Below are positions 53,214 through 64,000 of a stretch of DNA of 64,000 nucleotides, piece by piece. How positions within the stretch are numbered: the first letter of the stretch is position 1; each line of letters begins with the position of its first letter. The stretch comes from Octopus vulgaris (Eukaryota). The position numbers and the translations under genes are program-made. Location of the stretch: NCBI GenBank assembly GCA_951406725.2, contig OX597824.1, positions 81,654,001-81,718,000 of the forward strand. Direction: 5' to 3'. The notes under the pieces are model-generated. The model was not told the origin of the DNA. It saw only the letters and a list, made by a program, of their open reading frames with translations, and did not search any database.

Positions 53214-53593
53214 GGAGGCGCAATGGCCCAGTGGTTAGGGCAGCGGTCTCGCGGTCGTAGGATCGCGGTTTCGATTCCCAGACCGGGCGTTGTAAGTGTT
53301 TATTGAGCGAAAACACCTAAAAAGCTCCACGAGGCTCTGGCAGGGATGGTGGTGATCCCTGCTGTACTCTTTCACCACAACTTTCTCTCGCTGTTACTTC
53401 CTCTTTCTGTTGTACCTGTATTTCAAAGGGCCGGCCTTGTCACTCTCTGTGTCACGCTGAATATCCCCCCGAGAACTACGTTAAGAGTGCACGTGTCTGT
53501 GGAGTGCTCAGCCACTTACACGTTAATTTCACGAGCAGGCTGTTCCGTTGATCGGATCAACCGGAACCCTCGTCGTCGTAACCGACGGAGTGC
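53214..53593 (+). mobile_element. SINE family C, full length
   Basis: Matches 48800-49178. Confidence 0.87.
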
Positions 53594-54023
53594 TTCCATC
53601 CACCATCAATGCAATGTGAATTGTTTCTGCTAACCATGATAGTACAAATAGTAATTTTGTTGTTTGTTTGTTTTTTGGTGGGTTTGTACGAAATAAAGAA
53701 ATAAAGTGATTAATTTCGTAAAGAAAAGAAGAAAATTTTACGCGAGCTCTAAATTCGGAACTAAACTGGAAATCTTGAAAGCCGCTACATTGAGCAGCTT
53801 CTTGTATACAGATTATCTTAAAACACGAGCGTCTGAAAAATTGAAAACAGCCTTTGTGTTACTTCGTTTACAGTTTAAGATAAATTATTTTAAGTATAAA
53901 GAAACTGATAAGAAAATAATGGCTCTATCAAGAAAGTATTTTTATACACGCAGAAACATACATACAAACACGCACACACACATACAAACACGCACGCACA
54001 ATCAAGCACACACATATACACAA

Positions 54024-54254
54024 AGGCGGCGAGCTGGCAGAAACTTTAGCACGCCGCGCGAAATGCGTAGCCGTACTTCGTCTGCCGCTACGTTATGAGT
54101 TCAAATTCCGCCGAGGTTGACTTTGCCTTTCATCCTTTCGGGGTCGATAAATTAAGTACCAGTTATGCACTGGGGTCGATGTAATCGACTTAATCCGTTT
54201 GTCTGTCCTTGTTTGTCCTCTCTATGTTTAGCCCCTTGTGGGTAGTAAAGAAAT
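54024..54254 (+). mobile_element. SINE family B
   Basis: Matches 15502-15728. Confidence 0.87.
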
Positions 54255-54385
54255 ACATATACACAATTTTTGTTAATGTTTAGCAGAAATAACGGAGTGA
54301 CTCAAGATCCAAGAGTTTCGTGCGTTGGCGAAGAATATACATATATTCATCTTAATTATTTTTTCCTATTTGCACCAACACACCA

Positions 54386-54497
<112 letters not shown>

Positions 54498-54741
54498 TCT
54501 TGGGCAAGGTTTTCTCTGCAAAGCAATCAACAAACTGTGTTACGATCTTTCAGGAGACTTCTTCAATCTTCACAGCAATGGCACCCACAAGAATGTGTTT
54601 ACATCCTTTACATCCTTATTTCATCCACAGCGAAACATTCTATTTAAATGGCGTCATTCGAAGGCTAAAACAATGCGAAGTGCACTGTGACCTGCGATGT
54701 GTAGCAACATCTGATGGTCTGGTCGGTCACGTGATCACGTG

Positions 54742-54807
<66 letters not shown>

Positions 54808-54909
54808 AGATGTAAGTATGTATATTTACGTGTCTATATCTGCATATATATATATTATTATGTATTATCATATGATTGGACATCACACATCCTCTTCCAA
54901 GTAAGATTT

Positions 54910-54947
<38 letters not shown>

Positions 54948-55128
54948 AAATTAGAAAATGGAGAAACATACTTAAATCAATCAAACATCAACCAACAGAT
55001 GATACCCAATCAATACTTTATTACACCATTACATAACAGTAAAGGCATTATACAAAATATACTGTAAAAATAATTAGACAAGGAAATAGAAATATAAAAT
55101 ATAAAATATAATATGTAATTATATCATA

Positions 55129-55239
55129 TCTGACAGCTGTTTCGGCAGTAAGGGCAATCATGCCTCATTTAACCTATAAGCCATATAAGGCAGGTATAAA
55201 TGAGACATTAACAAGGATGCCCCACGGCCTCTTCAGAGA
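55129..55239 (-). ncRNA. Type I hammerhead ribozyme, intact core, ~86-nt stem II
   Basis: ucu-CUGAAGA-ggc.gu.gggca...augucucauuua...uaaaugaggcau...ugccc..ac.gcc-GAAAC-agcu-GUC-aga. Confidence 0.78.
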
Positions 55240-56729
55240 ATTTAATAAATTATAATTGTGAAAATTTTTTTTTCCCATATACATATCAATATAAAAATGT
55301 AAAATATAAAAACGTGTGCATAGACACCATAATACCACACATATATATATATATTCATTAATACAATAATACAAGATACACAAAACAAAATAAAACAAAA
55401 TATACATCAATATATATTAATAAGCTCAGTTGTTCTACATATTGAGTTAATAGTTCTAAAGACTACCACACAGGAAGATATATGCACACTCACATTTAAA
55501 TTAAAATCAGACTTATACATGAAAAGTAATAAAAAACCACATTTCAGTTCATAAAATTATAAACCTGTAAAAGTCAAAAATAATTACTATTAATATTAAT
55601 AATAATAACAATAATAATAATAGATACAGTTATGTCTGCACCAAGTACATCCATCGGATATCGACATATCCAAGTGTCTGGTTATTCCGTCCGCTTTATA
55701 TTGATTATTCTAGATTAATTCGATTGGCTTATAGTTTAAAATTTGAATCACAAAAGAAATTTTACGGTTAGTTAGTCAAGAAACGCACATACGCACACGC
55801 ACATCCACAGATCAATCGCACATACATACATAATTATATGTATACACACACACATAGACTCATACACATACATATCCACAAATCAAGTCCAACACATAAA
55901 TAAATAAATAAATAAATAAATAATAAAAGAGGTATAATCTTATCCATGCAGGCATTGAGCTTCTCAAAACTATAAACATGCCACAAAATAACAAAATAGA
56001 TCCGCTCATATATTTCCATAAAATATTTGTTTTAAAGATACATATATTTATATATCACGACATCGAATGTTATTTTTGCAGGGTGTATACGCAGTATGTG
56101 AACACCGGTTTTTTCTGTAGACAACATAACGATTACACGGTAATTTGTTATAATCGCCTGTACGCTAAGTTATAAATTATAGATTAATTTTTTATAGTAA
56201 ATATATATCTTTTCAACGTAATAAATCCAGTGCCATTATAATATTAATATTTAACCAACAACGAACCTAACCTACGAGCTAATAGAATTACACTCAGATA
56301 TACATATTCTTGTGTATCATCAGATATAAACAAACGCACCGGGGACTAACTAATCCAGTTAAATATAAGTAAATAACAGAAATTAAATTAATTATAAGTT
56401 AATAAATTGTAAATACTTAAGTTAAAAATGTGATAAAATAAAAAAGAAGAAATAATTAAAAATTACATACATAATATAAGTACAAACCAGTATACATGTA
56501 TCCATATATTAATTAGTAAAAATAAAAAATTGATATATATGTATATATCTACACTTAAATAATTAAATAAATAAATAAATAAATAAATAAGTAGATGACT
56601 AAATGAAAAGATAGATACACTAGAGAACAAAATCAGATAAATGCATAGGTGCAGGTATATCTAATATGTAGTAATGCTAATATGCATATATCCATATATG
56701 CTTAAAAGAGTATATATATATATATTTTT

Positions 56730-56931
56730 TTTTTTTACTTGTTTCAGTCATTTGACTGCGGCCATGCTGGAGCACCGCCTTTAGTCGACCAAATCGACCC
56801 CGGGATTTATTCTTTGTAAGCCCAGTACTTATTCTATCGGTCTCTTTTTGCCGAACCGCTAAGTGACGGGGACGTAAACACACCAGCATCGGTTGTCAAG
56901 CAATGCTAGGGGGACAAACACAGACACAGAA

Positions 56932-56962
<31 letters not shown>

Positions 56963-57132
56963 CATATATACGACAGGCTTCTTTCAGTTTCCGTCTACCA
57001 AATCCACTCACAAGGCATTGGTCGGCTCGGGGCTATAGTAGAAGACACTTGCCCAAGATGCCACGCAGTGGGACTGAACCCGGAACCATGTGGTTGGTTA
57101 GCAAGCTACTTACCACACAGCCACTCCTGCGC
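56730..57132 (-). mobile_element. SINE family A, full length
   Basis: Reverse complement of 11788-12190. Confidence 0.88.
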
Positions 57133-57792
57133 TAAATAAACAACATAAATAAAGTGAAGATATATATTAAAGAAAGTACTAATATAAACTTAGTATACAG
57201 GCTAATATTATGTAAATTTATACCTGTAGATAATGAGTAAAAAAAAGAATAGATGAATAACATAATGAACAAATCCAGAAGACTATAAATACAGACTAAA
57301 TATATAAGGCTGCTAATATTTATATAGCTAAATGTGAGTAAATGAAAAGGTATGTTAATAAAGCCTAAGATACAGATTAAGGTGAGTACAAAGATACACC
57401 AAATTTACAATATATAAGCCTGCCAAATAAACACATACACAAACCCAAGTTCTCAACCTATACAAACAAACTCCCAAAAAGACTCTCATATATTACATAA
57501 TAGTATTACATTATCAGGAGCTAGGTATCTAACTATGATGTTCATACACACTCTGTAATATTAGAAAACTTCATATATATATATTTGTATGTATATATAT
57601 ATATGAGTGTGTGTATGTATATGTGCATGTGTGTGTATGTGTGTGTGTGTGTGTGTTAGTGCGTGAGCGAGAGAGAATGCGCGTCTTGTGACAAATGTCG
57701 GTAACTGCAAGTAATAGCTGCTGCAAGAACAATTTGTTCGAATGTATAAATACAAGTAACGTATCTTTTTGAAGCCTAGTCTTTCAAAAATG

Positions 57793-58381
57793 CTAGATTC
57801 ATAAGGATCTGAATAGATTGATACTTATTTTATCCCATAGAAAGGTGATTGACAAACTCTAATGATTTCTCTAAACGTGACCTCAGATCTTCAAAATTTA
57901 ATCTACATGTTGAAGAATTATAATTTTCTAAAAACCCCGCTTTCCATTACCACACGACTGCATTATAAATATTTTCAACGCATTGTAAACGTTAAAATTC
58001 TCCTAAAACTCCTAAAGATTTATTACATTTTTGGCATCGTTTTTCCATGTCTTGAACAAATGTTTTTCCCCTTAAGATTAGATAGCACTCCACTCGTACA
58101 CTATATCGTAACGTGACCTCAGATCTTCAAAATTTACTCAGTGTAAGCATTCTGAAATAAATGAACAAGCATTATAAATATTTTCAACGCATTGTAAACG
58201 TTAAAATTCTCCTAAAACTCCTAAAGAAATTTTTTTAATCTAGACGCATACGTGTAACATGTTTTTCCCCTTAAGATTAGATAGCACTCCACTCGTACAC
58301 TATATCGTAACGGTGCTGTTTTCAGAGTAAGAGGCAGAGAGATAAATAAGTATCACTCTATTCAGATCCTTATGAATCTAG
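57793..58381. other. Inverted-repeat-bounded cassette with alternating constant repeats and four unique spacers
   Basis: IRs at 57793-57834 and 58341-58381. Block A 57874-57900 = 58110-58136; block B 57960-58018 = 58169-58227; block C 58060-58113 = 58259-58312. The spacers are unrelated. Confidence 0.9.
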
Positions 58382-58447
58382 GTTAGAAATAGAAGGGATG
58401 GAGAAATTTCTCTCAAGGGGAGACAGAACCGCTCAGAGCTCCTTTGT

Positions 58448-58516
<69 letters not shown>

Positions 58517-59047
58517 TGTGTGTGTATGTGTGTGTCTGTGTGTGTGTCTGTGTGTTGTTATGCGATGTCTTTTTCTAATGAGTGAGAGAACATATGAAAG
58601 ATTAAATCTAAATGTTACAGATATAAAATATTTCTACATAAGAAGGCATTCCTGAACCAATCTGCAAATAATTGATACCACTGATTCTTAGCCTCAACAC
58701 TAAGAAGTCAACATCGGAATAGGACAATTGAACACGGTAAGAATACTAAGCTGCTGTAATTCTGAAGAACATTGGTTGTACAAATTATTCATTAAGAGAT
58801 CGAGGATGTGACACACAGAAGCGAAAAATCAAACATGACTGGTCCGAGTTAACCTGAGGGAATAGTTTGTGAAGCGAGCTAGTTCAGGGATGGAGAGAAG
58901 GTTATAATAAAGAAACAAGAGGTTAGCTGTTGTGTTTAGAGAGTGTATTATTGCCAATAAAAGATAGTTGTCTTTTTGGAGTTGACAAGAATACAAAGTT
59001 GTGGAGCAGAGGTACATGTAAATGAAGAAGGTAGCCCAAAATTGGAA

Positions 59048-59277
59048 GGTGGCGAGCTGGCAGAAACGTTAGAACGCTCGGTGAAATGCTTAGCGGTATT
59101 TCGTCTGCCGCTAGGTTCTGAGTTCAAATTCCGCCGAGGTTGACTTTGCCTTTCATAGTTTCGGGGTCGATTAAATAAGTACCAGTTACGCACTGGGGTC
59201 GATATAATCGACTTAATCCGTTTGTCAGTCCTTGTTTATCCCCTCTGTGTTTAGCCCCTTGTGGGTAGTAAAGTAAT
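59048..59277 (+). mobile_element. SINE family B
   Basis: Matches 15502-15728. Confidence 0.87.
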
Positions 59278-60857
59278 ACGTAGTCCAAAATGGGTCTCAT
59301 TTCAGCTTAGTAGTTAGTGAGACACCGAGCAGAACTGAAATATTTTCTCGCTCTGTGAACATGTTTTATTAAGTTGTTTGCGGTCTAGGCAGCGAAACAG
59401 GTTATATTTTTTTATAGGATAGAAAAACAATAACAATGATAACGTGGATTTGCAATGAGCTTGTTTTAATTCTTCAATTAGTTTACAGTGTTTTGTGCTA
59501 TTTATACTGTTGACTTCTAATTTGGCAAAGAGTGCATTCGTTCTATATCCCAAACTACAAGTTCATGCAAGGTAATATGTTTTAGTGCTATTTAATTTGA
59601 TTTTGCCAACTCACGCTGTCATTTTCGTTTTTCCTTTAATATTTTGAAGTTAAATTCTGAGGAAATATAGATGAGTGTTTGTATATGACTGCAAATAAAT
59701 GTATACTTATATACATATATAAGTGCGTGTGTGTAAGTATATATATGAGTGTATGTGTATGTGTGTCTGTGTATGATTGTATGTCGTTTATGTGTCCCTA
59801 ACACCACCCTAAATTTATCTTTAGTGTCATGACATCTAGGATACATGTCAGGTAAAATTAGCAGTTCCAAAGTCCTAAAGATATACAAGCAATGCTCGGA
59901 CAAGAGTTATTCATAAACATTCTGTCGAGATTTGTCTGAGCGACACTACGTTAATAGTTATAAAAAATGTACGTATGTTTAATAATTTAGTTATTATTTT
60001 TAACCCCCTTTCTGCTTACATCTGTTTACCACATGACACTTTAATCCATCCTCGTAGTAATAAATCGCTGTAGTTCTTTGAGTTATACATCGTGCTCGTC
60101 TCATATGTGGTTCCATACGCTAGCTTTGATGTAGTGAATCTATCTACCTTTTTATCCAACTTCGTAAACCTTCTCTTCCTTTACTCAACCATCATGGTCT
60201 CATACCCTCTCACACCACCTCTTTTAGCCATATAACTCTTAACCAAATTAACCTTTCAACATCAATCTTTACTCTCTGTTGTCACTCTCACGCGTAATAC
60301 ACAGCGGTGAAATATTATATTTTACACTCTTTAGAACAAATAACATTTATATTGACAAATCGTTACCAAGAAATCTATGAAACCACTTATAAATTATTAC
60401 TATCATGAGTAACATATGGATCACACCTGATGCAACGTTGCTTCTATACCATTGTGAGTTCGAAGCTGTGAAGGATCTAAATATTGACAAAGGTCTGTTT
60501 ACTTATAAATTGTGCAGGGTTTTTTGATTGGATGTTTATCATAAGTATATTATGTCATGAATATTAATCTCATGTGAAATCCATAGATTATTTTAGCATT
60601 TTGCAGATTAGAGTATTCTTGAAGATAACTGAGCATATATAAGGTTAAATTATGAGTGGAAACTCTCATCAAGTGTTCAGTTCCCTTATTTCTGGAGGAT
60701 TTTTCTAGCATACTTAAGTACAATTGTGGAGAGAGATTTAGTTATTAGCTATTTCACAAAACTTGTTTACATTGTTAAGTCCAAAATACTCATGTATTTT
60801 GCAGAAGTATCTCCTTATTTATGTTTCTGTGTGTGTCTATGTATGTATGTATGTATG

Positions 60858-60891
<34 letters not shown>

Positions 60892-60941
60892 TGTATGTAT
60901 GTATGTATGTATGTATGTATGTATGTATGTATATATATTTT

Positions 60942-61003
<62 letters not shown>

Positions 61004-61010
<7 letters not shown>

Positions 61011-61170
61011 TTTACGAAAAAAACAAAAGACGAAGACAGGTGATGTACAAAACAAACAGATGTATAAGTATAACGCTCAGGAATAGAAAAAGTATTTTAC
61101 GTTTCGAGCCTACGCTCTTCTACAGAAAGGGACACAGAAAAGAACAAGGAGAGAAACAAGGAGAGAAATG
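61004..61170 (-). mobile_element. PLE pseudo-LTR ('gagaatttac' family), decayed hammerhead
   Basis: Matches 43003-43187. Confidence 0.6.
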
Positions 61171-61189
61171 ACTACATACACGCACACAT

Positions 61190-61256
<67 letters not shown>

Positions 61257-61277
61257 CTTATATATTTATAAACGAAT

Positions 61278-61558
61278 TACAGTGTATTAGAAAAGAAGAA
61301 GATAATTCCGTACTACATGTTTCCAAGCTAATCTGAACATGTTTTACGTAACTCATATGTATATACGAGCAATACGCAACATATATATATATATATATGA
61401 TGAATCTTACTTGGAAGAGGATGTGTGATGTCCAATCATATGATAATACAAATACAGTGTATTAGAAAAGAAGAAGATAATTCCGTACTACATATGTTTC
61501 CAAGCTAATCTGAACATGTTTTACGTAACTCATATGTATATATATGAGCAATACGCAA
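61278..61558. repeat. ~100-bp direct duplication (61278-61379 / 61453-61558) around a short dispersed repeat
   Basis: tacagtgtattagaaaag...gagcaatacgcaa occurs twice; the intervening 61397-61450 is the reverse complement of 54861-54914. Confidence 0.8.
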
Positions 61559-62989
61559 AATGTCTCTTTCATAAGCTTTGTAAATGATCTTGCAGCTAGT
61601 CAGGGTTGAAGCATATCTTGCTTTTGAAGTAAAATGAAAGCCAGTTCTACAATGGCGCCAATCACGAAATAAAATCACGAGTTCGCCTTTCTCGTTCTCT
61701 CCACCTTTCTCACTCTCTCATTAATAGTAAACCTTACCGAATTAGCAAAATTACATATTATCCTGTTTATCAAAGTTGTTTACCAATTCTGATATATCCT
61801 CGTTGTTTACAAGACAACACCAACAACCACAATAACAGAAATTCTTTTAGGAACTTCGTCAATCAATAGAATTCCTCAAAAACCTATTTTACGTTTATTT
61901 CTTCATTGCGTTTTTTTTTTTCTCCTTTACGCCATTTTCATTTTTTTTTTCGATGTAAATAAGAATTTGGTTTAATGCGTACCATTAATATATTTGTAAA
62001 CAAAAACAAAATATTTAAGCAAACAGTATGTTAATAACACTTCAAGATGGCCAGAAAGTACACTGACATAGATGGTAAATTAACAAAGAAAAACAAGAAT
62101 ATATATATATATATATATATGAAAAATAATCGTTAAGAAAATACGTATGGATTCAATGTAACATGTATTTATTCAACGTAATAAAATATTCTTCGCAGTT
62201 ACCACCTTGCCCTTACCTATTTTATTTTCTAGTAACAATTACTGTCGTGATCGTGCAGTTAGGAAAGTTTGTTTTGCAATAACATGGTTCGCGGTTCGAT
62301 TTCACTGCCCGGTACCTAGAGCAAGTGTTTTCTACAATAGTTTTTTTTAAATTTTTACTGAAGTATTGTGATTGAATTGGGTAGAGGATTACTGGGTGGA
62401 GGCTCGTCATGAGGTGGCGGGTGGGGCGTAACTTTCCTGTTCTTTGTGGTTAGACTTATTCCATTACCTGATGTAACATTTACAATGTGGCTCTCGGGTA
62501 CCTGCAACAAAACAGGGCTCGTTCTGTGGAAAGGATTCGGACCAGGTCTTTAATCTGGGAATAATTTTTCACCTTCTACCCCCCACCACCACCTCGATCT
62601 CCGAAGGCCCTGTAAAATATTCAAAAGCATTGCCTTTTCTTCCCAAATTAAAACCAAACCAAATAGATTCGCATTCTTCGTTGCCTTTTACTTTCTGAGA
62701 ACGTCGCAATTTGCAACAAGCCAAGCAAATGTTGAAAACGAAAAATGAAAAAAAAACAGAAGCACATGTGAAGTTCACATGCATAAGTATAATTCTAGGT
62801 GTTAAAAACCAGAAAACAAAAACACCCTACCTTGATATAAAGTTATAAATATGAAAGTATTCATGAGAAAAATAACGAGTAAGAACACCAATATTAGATG
62901 CAACGATAATAACAAGAACAGCAAAAAACAAAAGCAAACACCGACAACAGCTACTACTACTACTAATACTACTACTACTAGTACTACTA

Positions 62990-63020
<31 letters not shown>

Positions 63021-63479
63021 AAATGCAATAGCAACAATAACAGCATTTTGGCAATGTGGTTTGTTTTTGTTCCTCTCTCTCCAAGCCTTGCCAGCTAGGT
63101 TAACTTCCTGCGTATGGAACGAAGATTGTAAAACGGAAATAGAATATTTCAATTAAATATGATCTTCAGGAATAGCTTCAAAGTCCGCTGCGAACGTGAC
63201 AATATTGGAGCTACACCAAACATTAGATTATACCAAGTTTTACTGCGTTACTCTTCAACATTCTCTTATGTCATTCTACATTAATATACAATACACTGAT
63301 GTATGCTTCAGCCTAAACACACGCCATACTCTATACTATACTATGCTACAGAATAATTCGCTATTACTCCATCCATACTGCAATACAAACCGCGTATGTC
63401 ATACTGTATTTATTTCCTTAACGTTATGAAATAAAGCTGGATATTTCGATAATACCCTATGTCATACGATACGATAGAA

Positions 63480-63930
63480 CACGTCCAAGCCTCTGAGCCA
63501 CAGATTCACCGCCTTTTCATGCTTCCTTTTCTACCGCTACTATAATGGCCTCTGTACCTCGGAATTGACTCTGGTTCATGATACCTCATGTATTCTTGAT
63601 CCGTCGTCTTTCCTCGTTCAATCACCCCGTTTGTGTCTAATCCCTATTCCCCCATCCCCGCCAGGCTCCGTGATAATTACAGCACCCAGTCCTTCCGTCA
63701 CCGAACATTAACCCTTTGACACTCCATCTCAGTTCATATCAATCCGGGTTGCGGATCCGTGGAATAAGCTGCCGGACGAGATAGTGAAGATGCCGACGAC
63801 CGTTCAGTTCAAAGTCTCTCTTGACCAGAAATGGCCTGAACTCTTTGCATGAAGACCCTCCCTGTACATAACTCCATGTCCCTCTACATGGCCTTGCTTT
63901 TTGCTTTTTGAGCCAAAAAATTAACTTAAC
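63480..63930 (+). pseudogene. CR1/L2-group LINE 3' relics
   Basis: PLSHRF...LFYRYYNGLCTSEL; then IRVADPWNKLPDEIVKMPTTVQFKVSLDQKWPELFA* (ends 63851), followed by a short tail ending in ttaacttaact. Confidence 0.7.
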
Positions 63931-64000
63931 TATATAATTTCGTCAGTGTTCACTTACAAAAATTCTTGAGAAACATCAATGATATCAGTCTAGTCGATTT

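Larger units (their letters stand above)
54945..57560 (-). mobile_element. Long AT-rich, apparently non-coding PLE-like element carrying a hammerhead
   Basis: Begins at (TA)n, strongly strand-skewed, hammerhead at 55129-55239; the distal boundary is uncertain. Confidence 0.4.

Noticed and set aside
56295-56330. CTGATGA on the minus strand followed by a small hairpin
   Set aside because: No GAAA or cleavage triplet follows, so it is not a hammerhead.
58228-58258. Spacer S4 loosely resembles the Helitron internal sequence near 38135-38165 (aattttttttaaatcgtagactcatcg)
   Set aside because: The match needs several gaps and is mostly poly-T; not convincing without a statistical test.
57874-58312. 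Calling the cassette a CRISPR array
   Set aside because: The repeats are of alternating types and long (59 and ~77 bp), there are only two units, spacer lengths range from 31 to 59, no cas genes are present, and the context is eukaryotic.
60000-60300. Possible RTE LINE 3' relic on the minus strand
   Set aside because: Too degenerate to support from motifs.

Overview
AT-rich, microsatellite-saturated animal genomic DNA. The SINE families and repeat style resemble cephalopod (Octopus-like) genomes; this is an inference, not a database match. No complete host gene is recognisable, and almost all listed ORFs are microsatellite read-throughs. The window is mostly mobile-element debris: three tRNA-derived SINE families, Penelope-like element (PLE) coding remnants at 2.4-2.7, 32.6-33.6 and 40.3-42.0 kb, many PLE pseudo-LTR pieces and fold-backs inserted in (TA)n, two non-autonomous Helitrons, and fragments of R4/Dong-, Tx1/L1- and CR1-type LINEs and a mariner. 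A few weak candidate minus-strand exons were noted. There are two main highlights. (1) 57793-58381 is a ~41-bp inverted-repeat-bounded cassette in which three constant blocks each occur twice with perfect identity, separated by four unrelated spacers of different lengths; ordinary tandem duplication does not explain this. (2) At least 14 type I hammerhead ribozyme motifs are present, about 6 with intact cores, several with unusually long stem II insertions or shared core variants. All alignments and foldings were done by eye, so boundaries of decayed repeats are approximate.
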